A stretch of DNA of 64,000 bases from positions 649,812-713,811 of the forward strand of contig OZ220747.1 in NCBI GenBank assembly GCA_965117015.1, written 5' to 3'. Under the pieces are notes generated by a model. The model did no database searches. It saw only the letters and a list, made by a program, of their open reading frames with translations, and was not told the DNA's origin. The position numbers and the translations under genes are program-made. The DNA is from Acidimicrobiales bacterium. GTDB taxonomy: Bacteria > Actinomycetota > Acidimicrobiia > Acidimicrobiales > Aldehydirespiratoraceae. Positions within the stretch are counted from its first letter, which is position 1; each line of letters begins with the position of its first letter. Below, one piece after another: positions 27,636 to 37,584 of the stretch.

Positions 27636-28778
27636 TCAGGCTGCCGCCTCGGTGACGCTCATGCGGCTGACCCAATCGCGTGGGTTACGGATCTCGGCGA
27701 TGCCGGGAACGTTCCCGGGACGCTCCCACACCCGGTCGAGCAGGGCCGTGCCCCCGGCCTCCTCGACCGACGAGATGAAATGCTCGCCCTCGGCGTACTG
27801 CTTGATCTTGGCGTCGAGGCCGATCACCCGCTGGAAGACCTTGGCGAACCCCCGCACCGACTCCCGTCGCCTGCGCATCACCCGCCCGAACCGGGGCGCG
27901 GAAGGGACCAGGCCCTTGCCGGCTCGATCCATGGTCACGTCGCCGTGGCCCTCGAGCAGGCTCATGAGACCGGCGAGCTGCTCCAGAGTCTCCACCTGTG
28001 CCTCCGAGGCGAACAGGGCCATGATCCCGCCGGCGGCCAGCGGGTCCTCACCGCGGCGCCGGGCCTCCACCACCCGACGCACGGCCGCCGCGATCCGCTT
28101 CGGATCGGGATCCACCGAGTCGAGCACCGACTCGACCAGGCCGATGAAGTGCGGCCGCATCCAGTCCACACCGGTGAACTGGGCCCGATGGGTCACCTCG
28201 TGGAGCGCCAACCAGAGCCGGAACTCGGCCGGCTCGAAGGCGTACTTGTTCTCCAGCGACAGCACGTTGGGGGCCACGTAGTAGACGATGTCCTGGTCCT
28301 CGGGCTTGTCGTCCTCGATGATCAGCAGGTCGTACTGGCCCAGCACACGCGTGGACATCCAGCCCAGCATGACGCCGAGTTCGGCCCCGGCCGCCCGCCG
28401 GGTGATCGGGGCCAGCATCCCGTCCGAGCCCGTGCCGAGCTTCTCGGCTAGGGGTCTCAGCAGACGCTGGAAAGAGGCCAGGTTGGCATCGATCCAACCG
28501 ACCCGGTCGGTGACCCTGCCCCGGGCCGGCCCCGACAGCGACCGCAGGCCGGTGAACTCGGCCACCAGCCCCTCGGCCCGCTCGGTGCAGTCGGCGAAGT
28601 CCTCGGCCAGGCCGTCCCGCCAGCGGGGCGCGGTGTAGGGCTCGCGCCGGGCGGTGCGCACGGCAACCCGGCGGGCCAGGTCCCAGTCGATGGGGTCGTC
28701 AAGGTCTCCAGGATCGTCGGAACCGTCGAGATCGACAGCACCTTCGAGTTCGACGGAGCCCTCGGCGTGGGCGCCCAT
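27636..28778 (-). CDS. Zinc-dependent metalloprotease (DUF2342-like)
   Basis: HExxH motif in LALHEVTHRAQF. 380 aa. In conserved position upstream of tilS. Confidence 0.65.
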   Translation of the reverse strand: MGAHAEGSVELEGAVDLDGSDDPGDLDDPIDWDLARRVAVRTARREPYTAPRWRDGLAEDFADCTERAEGLVAEFTGLRSLSGPARGRVTDRVGWIDANLASFQRLLRPLAEKLGTGSDGMLAPITRRAAGAELGVMLGWMSTRVLGQYDLLIIEDDKPEDQDIVYYVAPNVLSLENKYAFEPAEFRLWLALHEVTHRAQFTGVDWMRPHFIGLVESVLDSVDPDPKRIAAAVRRVVEARRRGEDPLAAGGIMALFASEAQVETLEQLAGLMSLLEGHGDVTMDRAGKGLVPSAPRFGRVMRRRRESVRGFAKVFQRVIGLDAKIKQYAEGEHFISSVEEAGGTALLDRVWERPGNVPGIAEIRNPRDWVSRMSVTEAAA

Positions 28779-28788
28779 GGGGTAGGGA

Positions 28789-28920
28789 TCAGTCCCTCGG
28801 GTATCGCTTGTAGGTGACCTTCTGGAGGTAGCCGGCGATGGTCGCCACGATCGAGACGATGCCCGCCACGGCGAGCGGGACCGCGATCCAGTAGTGCCAT
28901 ACGACGCCGGCGAAGGTCAT
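28789..28920 (-). CDS. 43-aa single-pass membrane protein, translationally coupled to the anti-sigma gene
   Basis: ATGA overlap with the rsrA-like stop. MTFAGVVWHYWIAVPLAVAGIVSIVATIAGYLQKVTYKRYPRD has one TM helix and a basic tail. Confidence 0.4.
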   Translation of the reverse strand: MTFAGVVWHYWIAVPLAVAGIVSIVATIAGYLQKVTYKRYPRD

Positions 28921-29153
28921 GGGTCCGCAGTGTAGATGGCTCGCAGGACGCGCACTCGCAGCGATTCCGGGACCTGCTCCTCGCAGCAGCAACGGGCCAC
29001 TGTCATCCGGACCTGGGCCTCGAAGTGGAACGCGTCGGCGCAGGAAGGACAGCACTCGAGGTGCGCGGAGATAGCAGTGCGGACCGCAACGGTAGCCTCG
29101 CCGTCGAGGTAGAGGTGAAGGTCTCGGCAAGCGTCGTCGCAGTTGCAGACCAC
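28917..29153 (-). CDS. rsrA: Zinc-binding (ZAS) redox-sensing anti-sigma factor, RsrA/RshA-like
   Basis: HxxxCxxC motif (HLECCPSC) plus an N-terminal Cys. 78 aa. It starts 4 nt after the ECF sigma gene. Confidence 0.8.
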   Translation of the reverse strand: MVCNCDDACRDLHLYLDGEATVAVRTAISAHLECCPSCADAFHFEAQVRMTVARCCCEEQVPESLRVRVLRAIYTADP

Positions 29154-29156
29154 GGG

Positions 29157-29750
29157 TCAACTCCTGTCGTCCGGACCGGCCTCTGGCTCCTGGGGGAGGA
29201 GCCGGTGGCGGGCGGCAAAGTCGTACAACCTCTTGTGGAGCTGTTTTCTTCCCCGATGCAGGCGGCTCATCACCGTGCCGATGGGGACATCGAGGATCTC
29301 CGCGATCTCCGAGTAGGAGAACCCCTCGACATCGGCGAGCAGTACGGGCAGGCGGTAGTAGTCGGGAAGGTCCTCGACCGCCTGCTTCACCTCGTGCTCG
29401 GTGAACAGCGAGGCCAGCTCGTCCTCGACGCTGCGGCCGAGCTGGCTAGCGGTGTCACCGCCGAGGCGGCGGTAGAGGTACATATGATCCACATCGCCCA
29501 GGTCGGTCTCGGCGGGTCGCCGCTGGCGGCGCCGGTACTCGCTGATGTAGGCGTTCGTGAGGATGCGGTACATCCACGCCTTCAGATTGGTTCCCGCCGT
29601 GAAGGTGCCGTATGACCGGTAGGCCCGCAGGTAGGTCTCCGACACCAGATCCTCGGCGTCGGCCGGGTTGCGGGTCAGCCGCATCGCCGCCGAGTACAAC
29701 GACGGCATCAGCGGCAGGGCGTCGTCCGCGAAGGTTGCCTGGTCGGCCAC
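29157..29750 (-). CDS. sigH: ECF sigma factor, SigH/SigR group
   Basis: Region 2 ([29 protein letters not shown]) and region 4 ([28 protein letters not shown]). Confidence 0.85.
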   Translation of the reverse strand: MADQATFADDALPLMPSLYSAAMRLTRNPADAEDLVSETYLRAYRSYGTFTAGTNLKAWMYRILTNAYISEYRRRQRRPAETDLGDVDHMYLYRRLGGDTASQLGRSVEDELASLFTEHEVKQAVEDLPDYYRLPVLLADVEGFSYSEIAEILDVPIGTVMSRLHRGRKQLHKRLYDFAARHRLLPQEPEAGPDDRS

Positions 29751-29780
29751 TAGCCGCCTCTTGAGGAACGAGGGTGAGGG

Positions 29781-29853
29781 AGCCCGAAAGGGGATTCGAA
29801 CCCCTGACCTACGCTTTACGAGAGCGTCGCTCTACCGACTGAGCTATTCGGGC
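29781..29853 (-). tRNA. tRNA-Thr (anticodon CGT)
   Basis: Read on the minus strand. Acceptor GCCCGAA/TTCGGGC; D-arm GCTC-AGTCGGTA-GAGC; anticodon stem ACGCT/AGCGT with loop CTCGTAA; T-arm AGGGG-TTCGAAT-CCCCT. Confidence 0.9.
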
Positions 29854-29995
29854 CTGTACGCCGACGGTTTGAGCCACCCAGCGCCCGCTCAGGCTATCGA
29901 GATCAGAGGCCGAGCGAATCGGCGAGCGAAGCCGCTCCATACGGGCGAGGCCGTGGCCCGAGCGGCCCGTGAGCGCAGCGAACAAGAGCGGAGAA

Positions 29996-31138
29996 TCAGT
30001 GAGGGTGGACGTGTTCGCCGAGGGGTGGCAGGTCGAGCAGCAGGGCCTGGAGGGCCAGGGCCTCGTTCGGCGAGCGGATCAGGCTCTCCGCGGTGGCCCG
30101 CAAGCGGTCTACGGCCCGCATGGCCGCCGCAGCACGCCGGTCCGCGGCCGCTCCGTCGCCGGGCACCGAGGTGATCTCGTCGCGGTATCGGGCCCCGAGA
30201 GTGGCCAGTCCGAAACGGATCTCGTCGGTGCGGAACTGGCGATGCTCGCGCTTGTGCTGCGCTTCGATGACGCTGCGGCCCGAGCCCCGCACGCCGAAAT
30301 GCTCCTCGCGCTGCTCCAGGGCGACGATCTCCGCTCGGTGGCGCTCGGTGAGGGCTCCACCGGCCTCGTCGATCATGGCTCGCAGTTCGGCGACCAGCAG
30401 CGCGACGGCGGCCCCGGTTCCGTCGAGACGGTCCGGCACCTGCCACCATGCCTCGCGCCGGGCCGCTACCCGCTCGTCGGTGGCCAGGACCCTGGCCCGG
30501 TGGAGGTTGCCCGCAGCCGCGGCCGCCACCAGCGGGGCCTGGTCGGCCGCGACCAGACCCTCCGACACCAGCACCCGGGCGATCTCGGTGTCGGGGACCG
30601 GACCGAAGTCGACCCTCGTGCAGCGCGACGCGATGGTGACGTGCTCGGGCAGCACCTGCTCGGCCAGCAGCACCCAAACCACCGAGCCGGCCGGCTCCTC
30701 GACCGGTTTGAGCAGGGCTGCGGCCGCGGCCGGCGTGGCGGTGTGGAAACGGTCGACGACCAGCACCTTGCGGGGGCCTTCCACCGGCGTGCGGCTGGCC
30801 TCGACGATGAGTTGGGACACCTCCTCCTCGCGGCGCAGGCTCTGGCCGGCAGGGCTGAGCACGAAGACGTCGGGGTGCTCCTGGCGGGCGGCCAGACGGC
30901 GATGCCTGGCGGACCGGGCCGGATCGGAACCCGTCCGCCGGTCCGCGGCCGCGATCAGCTCCCCCGCGAAGGCGGCGGCCGCGGCCCGCTTGCCGGAACC
31001 GCGGGGGCCCACGAGCAGGTACGCGTGGACCGGCGACGCCACCGCCGCGGTCAGGGCAGCCACCGCCTGCGGCTGGCCCACCACCGCCGACCACGGATCG
31101 GAGATGGCTGTCTCGGCGTCAGCATCGAGAAGGGTCAT
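29996..31138 (-). CDS. holB: DNA polymerase III subunit delta'
   Basis: HAYLLVGPRGSGKRAAA P-loop-like motif. The tmk-holB order and 4-bp overlap are conserved. Confidence 0.8.
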   Translation of the reverse strand: MTLLDADAETAISDPWSAVVGQPQAVAALTAAVASPVHAYLLVGPRGSGKRAAAAAFAGELIAAADRRTGSDPARSARHRRLAARQEHPDVFVLSPAGQSLRREEEVSQLIVEASRTPVEGPRKVLVVDRFHTATPAAAAALLKPVEEPAGSVVWVLLAEQVLPEHVTIASRCTRVDFGPVPDTEIARVLVSEGLVAADQAPLVAAAAAGNLHRARVLATDERVAARREAWWQVPDRLDGTGAAVALLVAELRAMIDEAGGALTERHRAEIVALEQREEHFGVRGSGRSVIEAQHKREHRQFRTDEIRFGLATLGARYRDEITSVPGDGAAADRRAAAAMRAVDRLRATAESLIRSPNEALALQALLLDLPPLGEHVHPH

Positions 31139-31743
31139 CGCATGCCACCGAGACGTTCCTGCACCGTGGTCATCACCCGGGCGGCCACGTCATCCACCGA
31201 GCCGCCAGCGTCGACCACCGCCCAGTGGGCCGGGTCGGCCTCGGCCATGGTCAGGTAGCCGGCCCGGACCCGATCGAGGAAGCCGTCACCGGTTCCCTCG
31301 AAGCGGTCGAGTGACGATCCCAGCCGCCGCGACGCCAATTCGAGGGGGATGTCCAGAAGCAGGTTCAAGTCGGGTTCGATCCCTCCGGTGGCGAAGCGCA
31401 TCATCGTCTGCAACTCGGCAAGATCGAGACCGCGCCCGTAGCCCTGATAGGCGAGCGTCGACGCGGTGAAGCGGTCGGTGACCACGTGCTGGCCGGCTCG
31501 CAGCGCGGGACCGACGATCTCGGATACATGCTGGGCCTTGTCCGCGATGATCAGCAGCGCCTCGGTGCGGTCGTCGAGGGCGTCGTTGTCGGGATCCAGC
31601 AGCATCCGCCGGACTTCCGCGCCCACACCGGTGGCGCCGAACTGGAAGGTGAACACCGCGCCGAGCGACTCGGCCAAGAACCGGGCCTGGGTGGACTTTC
31701 CCGACGCGTCCACCCCCTCGACCGCGATGAGCCGGCCGGTCAC
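31135..31743 (-). CDS. tmk: dTMP kinase
   Basis: IAVEGVDASGKSTQ P-loop and DRFTASTLAYQG. Confidence 0.85.
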   Translation of the reverse strand: MTGRLIAVEGVDASGKSTQARFLAESLGAVFTFQFGATGVGAEVRRMLLDPDNDALDDRTEALLIIADKAQHVSEIVGPALRAGQHVVTDRFTASTLAYQGYGRGLDLAELQTMMRFATGGIEPDLNLLLDIPLELASRRLGSSLDRFEGTGDGFLDRVRAGYLTMAEADPAHWAVVDAGGSVDDVAARVMTTVQERLGGMR

Positions 31744-33239
31744 TGCGCCGACGCCTCGTCCGGAATCGCGGCCGGATCATCGACACGCTCCTGCCCCACC
31801 TGAAGGCGAGCACCCGACCGCAGGCTCCAAGTGGCCAGGGCGCCGGCGATGATGATGATCACCGCCGCGAGCCACATCGTGAGGCGCACCCCGGGAAGGA
31901 GCACTTCCCAACCCATCAGGGTGATGTCGCCATCGAACCATCGATCTGAGAGGCGGCCGAAGAGCTCCGACAAGGCGGGTGCAGCCGCTAGAGCCAACAG
32001 CAGGCAGAGCCGCACCAGCACGAGCAGAGCCGAGAAGACACGGCCGCGGATCTCATTGGCGACATTCTCATGCAGCAGCGTGAAGCCGAGCACGTACGAC
32101 GGGCCGGCCATCATGCCGAGCATCACCACCAGCGGGACCATCAGGGACAGGCGGTCCACCGAGGCCGCGGCGAACAGCACCCCTCCGGCGCTCATCAGAG
32201 CCGCAACAAACCCACGCGAACGGTTGAGGCGGTTCTGCATCATCGACGCCGACCCAACGCCTGCCGCCATGCCCACCCCGAGCGCGAACAGCACCAGGTT
32301 GAAGTCGGCCTCGCGGCCCACGATGACCTCGTCCACGAACAGGGCTCCGAGCGAGAAGACGATCCCCGCACCCATCACCGCGGTAGCCAGTCCCACATTC
32401 ACGGAACGCACGATCGGGTTGGCTGCCACCAGTCGCCAACCTTCCCGCAGTTCCCGGATGGCGCCCCCGAGGTCCAGACTTCCTCGCTCGGCCGCCATCC
32501 GCTCGTGCCGAGGCCGGACCGGGATGGCGATACGCCAGATGATGAGGGCGGTCACGAGGAACGTCAGAGCGTCCACGTAGAACGCCAGACCCTCCTCGTT
32601 GAGTCGCAGGGTCGTCACCCATCCCTCGTCCGGCATCGCCTCCGCCGCCTTCGCCAGCAGCGCGGCCGCCCCGGCAGCCACCGGGAACATGCCGTAGGCC
32701 GCGGTCACGTTGAGCGAATTGGCCGCGGTGAGCTTGTCTCGGGGCACGAGGTTGGGGACCGTGGCCTCCTTGGCGGGCTGCCACATCAGGGTCAACAGCT
32801 CGAGCAGGAAGCTGGCCAGCACGAGCCCGATCAGGGTGTCGACAAACGGCAGGGTCACCAGCACCAGTGCTCGGCCGACGTCGCAGCCGATCATCACCCG
32901 CTTGCGATTGAAGCGGTCGACGATCACCCCCGCCGCAGTGCCGAGGAAGAACCCTGGAGCAACCCGGCTGGCGAGCACCAGAGCGATGGCCGCGCCCTTG
33001 GAGCCCTCGCTCAGTCGAGCCGCAAGCGAGATCGTGGCCACCAGACCCAGCCAGTCGCCGGTAGCCGACACTACTTGGGCGATCCAGAGCCTGAAGAAGT
33101 CCCGGGTGCCGAAGATCCGCTCCAGGCGCCCCGACGGTCGCGCTGCCTCGAAGGCCTCGTCGAGCCGGATGCCGGCCGAAGAGCGGGGAGCAGCGTCGTC
33201 CGCGTCACTCACGATGAACGAGGCTAGGCGAGGTGGCAC
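31740..33239 (-). CDS. MFS transporter
   Basis: 499 aa with about 12 TM segments. N-terminal FRLWIAQVVSATGDWLG is typical of enterobactin-exporter-like MFS proteins. Confidence 0.75.
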   Translation of the reverse strand: MPPRLASFIVSDADDAAPRSSAGIRLDEAFEAARPSGRLERIFGTRDFFRLWIAQVVSATGDWLGLVATISLAARLSEGSKGAAIALVLASRVAPGFFLGTAAGVIVDRFNRKRVMIGCDVGRALVLVTLPFVDTLIGLVLASFLLELLTLMWQPAKEATVPNLVPRDKLTAANSLNVTAAYGMFPVAAGAAALLAKAAEAMPDEGWVTTLRLNEEGLAFYVDALTFLVTALIIWRIAIPVRPRHERMAAERGSLDLGGAIRELREGWRLVAANPIVRSVNVGLATAVMGAGIVFSLGALFVDEVIVGREADFNLVLFALGVGMAAGVGSASMMQNRLNRSRGFVAALMSAGGVLFAAASVDRLSLMVPLVVMLGMMAGPSYVLGFTLLHENVANEIRGRVFSALLVLVRLCLLLALAAAPALSELFGRLSDRWFDGDITLMGWEVLLPGVRLTMWLAAVIIIIAGALATWSLRSGARLQVGQERVDDPAAIPDEASAQ

Positions 33240-33321
33240 CTAGGCCACATGAGAGCCGCCGTCACCGCGCGCGGCCCGCTCCTGTTCGCTGCGCTCACGG
33301 GCCGCTCGAGCCCTGGCGGGA

Positions 33322-35949
33322 TCAGCTGCGCTTGCCGGTCGATCTGCGGCGGGCGGGGCGCTTCTTGGCCGGACCCTTGGCCCGCCGATCCGCCAGCAAC
33401 TCGCAGGCCCGCTCCAGGGTGATCCCCTCGACGGTGTCGCCGGACCGCAGCGAGGCGTTGGTCTCACCGTCGGTGACGTAGTGGCCGTACCGGCCGTCCT
33501 TGACCACGATGGCTCGGCCGGTGTCGGGATCCTCCCCCAGTTCCCGCAGCGGTGCGGCCGCGGCGGCCCGACCCCGGCTCTTCGGCTGGGCGAGCAGCTC
33601 AAGGCACTCCTCTAGGGTCACCGTGAACAGCTTGTCCTCGCTGGGCAGGCTGCGACTGTCGGAGCCCTTGCGCACGAACGGCCCGTAGCGGCCGTTCTGA
33701 ACGGTGATCTCCACCCCGTCGGCTGGGTCGGCGCCGACGGTGCGGGGCAGCGACAGCAGCTGCAGCGCATCCTCCAGCGTGACCGTCTCCAAGGCCATGG
33801 TCTTGAACAGCGACGCGAACTTCGGTTTGTCGGGGACCTCCTCGGCCAGCCCGAGCTGCACGTAGGGTCCGTAACGTCCCGTCCTGGCGGCCACGGTAAG
33901 CCCGGTGGCGGGATCGGTGCCGAGCACTCGCTCGTCGCGCCCGGAGGCCAGCAGCTCCAGCGCCCGCTCGACGGTGAGCTCGTCTGGAGCGGTGCCGTCG
34001 GGCACGGAGGCCGAGTCGTCGCCTCTCTGCACGGTCGGGCCGTAGCGCCCTACCCGAACCTCCAGCTCGACGCCGTCGGCATCGGCGCCCAGCGGGATCG
34101 AGTTCACCAGCCGGGCGTCGATGTCGCTGAGACGGCTGGACACCTTCTCCTTGAGGCCGGGATCGTCATCTCCGCCGAAGTAGAAGCGGTGCAGCCACGG
34201 AAGCTGCTCCTCCACGCCGGTCGCGATCCGGTCGAGATCGTCCTCCATCTCGGCGGTGAAGGCGTAGTCGACCAGCTTCGGGAAGTGGCGCTCCAGCAGA
34301 TTGACCACCGAGAACGCGGTGAACGACGGCACCAGTGCCGAGCCCTTCTTCCAGACGTATCCCCTGTCGATGATGGTGCCCATGATCGACGAGTAGGTCG
34401 AGGGCCGACCCACGCCGAGCTGCTCCAGGCGCCGCACCAGCGAAGCCTCGGTGTAGCGGGCCGGAGGCTGGGTGTCGTGGCCGGACGCCTCGAGACCGAG
34501 ACAGCCCGCGCCGTCGCCCTCGTGCAGCGGCGGCAGGCGAAGCTCGGCGTCGGTGTCGCTCGCTTCTCCGGCGTCGGTTCCCTCGGTGTACACCTCGCGG
34601 AAGCCCAGATGGGTTATCACCGTGCCGCTGGCCGCGAACTCGGCGTCGCGGCCCGAGGCGCTTCTGGCACCGACGCGCAGCTGCACCGTCTCGCCGGTGC
34701 AGTCGGTCATCTGGCTGGCCAGCGTCCGCTTCCACACCAGCTCGTAGAGCCGGGCCTCGGACCGGGGCAGCTGATCGGCCAACGTCGATGGGTCGGCGAA
34801 GGTGTCGCCCGCGGGCCGGATGGCCTCATGCGCCTCCTGGGCGTTCTTCACCTTGCTGGCGTACGCCCTCGGTTCCGGCGGCAGCACGCTCGAGCCGTAG
34901 CGCCGCTTCACCTCGGAGCGGGCCGCGGCCACCGCGCCCGCCGACAGCGAGGTGCTGTCGGTGCGCATGTAGGTGATGTAGCCCTTCTCGTACAGCGACT
35001 GAGCGGTGCGCATGGCCGCCGCGGAGGTCATGCCCAACTTCCGGGCCGCCTCCTGCTGCAGTGTCGACGTGATGAAGGGCGCGGCCGGGCGCCGCCGGTA
35101 GGGCTTGGAGGTGCGGGCCCGAACCGCGAAGGCCGCGTCCTGGAGGTCCGAGGCAAGCGACGTGGCCGCCTCCTCATTCAGCACGGTCACATCGCCCCGG
35201 GTCGGTTGGCCGTCGGGGCCGAAGTCGCGGGCCGTGGCGATACGGGAGCCGTCGAGCTGGACGAGATCGGCGATGAACTCCGGCCCGTTGCCGTTGCCGC
35301 CGGCAGGATCCGCGGGGACGAACGTGCCAGTGAGCCGCCAGAAGCCGGCGCTGACGAAGTCCATCCGCTCCCGCTCGCGCTCTACCACGACGCGCACCGC
35401 CACGCTCTGCACCCGCCCGGCTGACAGCTGCGGCATGACCTTCTTCCACAGCACCGGCGACACCTCGTAGCCGTAGAGCCGGTCGAGCATCCGGCGGGCC
35501 TCCTGGGCGTCCACCAGGCGGCGATCCAATTCCCGGGGCGCGTCGACCGCGGCGGAGATCGCGGCCCGGGTGATCTCGTGGAAGACCATGCGCTTCACCG
35601 GCACACGCGGATTGAGAACCTCCATCAGGTGCCAGGCGATGGCCTCGCCCTCCCGGTCCTCATCGGTGGCCAGATAGAGCTCATCCGCTTCGGCCAGGAG
35701 GTCCCTGAGCTTGCGGACCTGCTGCCGCTTGTCGCTGTTGACCACGTACAGCGGCTTGAACTCGTTGTCGACGTCGATCCCCAGGCGGGCCCAAGGCTCC
35801 GACTTGTAGGCCTTGGGAACCTCGGCGGCCCGGCTGGGCAGATCGCGGATGTGGCCGATGGACGACTCCACCACGTAACCGGCACCCAGATAGCCGGAGA
35901 TCGTCTTCGCCTTGGCGGGTGACTCGACGATTACTAGGGCGTTGGCCAT
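33322..35949 (-). CDS. topA: DNA topoisomerase I
   Basis: TOPRIM N-terminus MANALVIVESPAKAKTI, active-site region GYITYMRTDS, and a basic C-terminal tail. Confidence 0.95.
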   Translation of the reverse strand: MANALVIVESPAKAKTISGYLGAGYVVESSIGHIRDLPSRAAEVPKAYKSEPWARLGIDVDNEFKPLYVVNSDKRQQVRKLRDLLAEADELYLATDEDREGEAIAWHLMEVLNPRVPVKRMVFHEITRAAISAAVDAPRELDRRLVDAQEARRMLDRLYGYEVSPVLWKKVMPQLSAGRVQSVAVRVVVERERERMDFVSAGFWRLTGTFVPADPAGGNGNGPEFIADLVQLDGSRIATARDFGPDGQPTRGDVTVLNEEAATSLASDLQDAAFAVRARTSKPYRRRPAAPFITSTLQQEAARKLGMTSAAAMRTAQSLYEKGYITYMRTDSTSLSAGAVAAARSEVKRRYGSSVLPPEPRAYASKVKNAQEAHEAIRPAGDTFADPSTLADQLPRSEARLYELVWKRTLASQMTDCTGETVQLRVGARSASGRDAEFAASGTVITHLGFREVYTEGTDAGEASDTDAELRLPPLHEGDGAGCLGLEASGHDTQPPARYTEASLVRRLEQLGVGRPSTYSSIMGTIIDRGYVWKKGSALVPSFTAFSVVNLLERHFPKLVDYAFTAEMEDDLDRIATGVEEQLPWLHRFYFGGDDDPGLKEKVSSRLSDIDARLVNSIPLGADADGVELEVRVGRYGPTVQRGDDSASVPDGTAPDELTVERALELLASGRDERVLGTDPATGLTVAARTGRYGPYVQLGLAEEVPDKPKFASLFKTMALETVTLEDALQLLSLPRTVGADPADGVEITVQNGRYGPFVRKGSDSRSLPSEDKLFTVTLEECLELLAQPKSRGRAAAAAPLRELGEDPDTGRAIVVKDGRYGHYVTDGETNASLRSGDTVEGITLERACELLADRRAKGPAKKRPARRRSTGKRS

Positions 35950-36069
35950 GGAGATCGAACCGATCCGACGGGCGGGTGCCCGTCAACTGATGGGGACTCG
36001 GACAGGATAAGCAAAGTCTTGAACCACTTTGAGGCTGGGTCTGGAGGCGCTCCGGCGCTCGCCGGGTAT

Positions 36070-37443
36070 TCAGGCTCCCGGCGCCGGCTCGTCCGCTGAT
36101 CGAGAAAGGCGGAGGATAGTGGCGCCGACCAGCGCCGCGACGGTCGACGCCACGAGGATGCCGATCTTGGCCTGATCCGTGATCAGTTGCTGTTCGAAGG
36201 CCAGGTTGGTGATGAACAGCGACACCGTGAAGCCGATGCCGGCCACCCCGCCGATGCCGAGCATCTGAGTCCACGTGGCGCCCCGCGGCAGTTCGCACAA
36301 GCCCGTGCGCACAGCCAGCCACGCGAACCCCGTGACCCCCACCAGCTTGCCGACCACCAGGCCCAGCACGATGCCGATGGTGACCGGTGACCGCACCGCG
36401 TCGCCCAGCGATCCCCCGGACAACTCGACGCCCGCATTGGCCAGCGCGAAGACCGGGACGATGAAGAAGCTCGTCCAAGGATGGAGGAAGTCGGCCAGCC
36501 GGTCGGCCACCGACACTCGCTCGCGGACCTCGAAGACGACCTGCCGGGCAAGCCTCACGCTCACGGAGCCGTCCGAGAACGATCGCTGCAGCAGCATGCT
36601 GGAACTCGCCGTGCTCACCAGGGGGCGTGCCGGCGCGAACATGCCCATCACCACCCCGGCGATGGTGGCATGGACCCCCGACTCGAAGAGCGTCAGCCAG
36701 AACGCCGCCCCGACCACGAGGTACATCGGGGTGTACCAGACCCGTATCAGGCGCATCGCGAACAGCAGGAGCACGACGCCGCCCGACAGTGCCAGCCAGC
36801 CGAGCGAGATCTCATCCGTGTAGAAGATGGCAATGACGAGGATTGCTCCGATGTCGTCGACGATCGCCAGCGTGAGCAGGAAGATCTTCAGCGAGCTGGG
36901 TACACGGCGTCCCAGCAGCGCAACCACGCCCAGCGCGAAGGCGATGTCGGTCGCCATCGGGATTCCCCAGCCGGCTGAGCCCTCCCCGCCGGTGTTGAAC
37001 GCGGCGTAGAGCACGGCGGGCACCGCCATGCCGCCCAGCGCCGCGATCAACGGCAACGCCACCGCCCCCGGACGCCGCAACTCGCCCACGACGAGCTCGC
37101 GCTTGATCTCGAGGCCGACGACGAAGAAGAACACCACCATCAACGCGTCGTTGACCCACTCCTCCAGCGGCTCGTCGAGCACCAGCAGACCGCCGAACTC
37201 CACCCGGGTATGGCTGTCCAGCAGGGTGTGATAGGAGTCCTGCCAGGGCGAGTTGGCCCAAATCAGCGCGACGGCGGTCGCCAAGAGCATGGCGATGCCG
37301 CCCCCCGCCTGGAAGTGGAAGAAGCGAAGCATCGGCATGGCGAGCCGGTGGGCCAGCCGGCGGTCGTCGTCGATCCCCGGCGGAGGGAACGGTTCCAGCG
37401 AGGGTGCGTCGTCTCCCGGATCTGACACCATCGGTTCATCCAT
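36070..37443 (-). CDS. nhaA: Na+/H+ antiporter NhaA
   Basis: Polytopic. NhaA hallmarks VVFFFVVGLEIKRE and LTLAIVDDIGAILVIA. ATG at 37443 chosen; the track start is 37569. Confidence 0.8.
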   Translation of the reverse strand: MDEPMVSDPGDDAPSLEPFPPPGIDDDRRLAHRLAMPMLRFFHFQAGGGIAMLLATAVALIWANSPWQDSYHTLLDSHTRVEFGGLLVLDEPLEEWVNDALMVVFFFVVGLEIKRELVVGELRRPGAVALPLIAALGGMAVPAVLYAAFNTGGEGSAGWGIPMATDIAFALGVVALLGRRVPSSLKIFLLTLAIVDDIGAILVIAIFYTDEISLGWLALSGGVVLLLFAMRLIRVWYTPMYLVVGAAFWLTLFESGVHATIAGVVMGMFAPARPLVSTASSSMLLQRSFSDGSVSVRLARQVVFEVRERVSVADRLADFLHPWTSFFIVPVFALANAGVELSGGSLGDAVRSPVTIGIVLGLVVGKLVGVTGFAWLAVRTGLCELPRGATWTQMLGIGGVAGIGFTVSLFITNLAFEQQLITDQAKIGILVASTVAALVGATILRLSRSADEPAPGA

Positions 37444-37584
37444 CGCAGCCGCGCCGAACTGTCGTGCACCAGCCACCCGAGGGGGGTTCCGCCCTCGGGG
37501 CGCCGACAGGCTACTTGTTGTCCCCCGCCTGAGGGTCCATGCCCGGCACCTAAAATGTCTCATGCTCACGGCTGAGGCGCGCCC

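Noticed and set aside
29751-29995. A SigH/SigR autoregulatory promoter (GGAAT-N18-GTT) upstream of the sigma gene.
   Set aside because: The sigma gene starts 30 nt downstream of tRNA-Thr(CGT). I found no GGAAT/GGAAC...GTT pair in the 30-nt spacer or in the 140 nt upstream of the tRNA.
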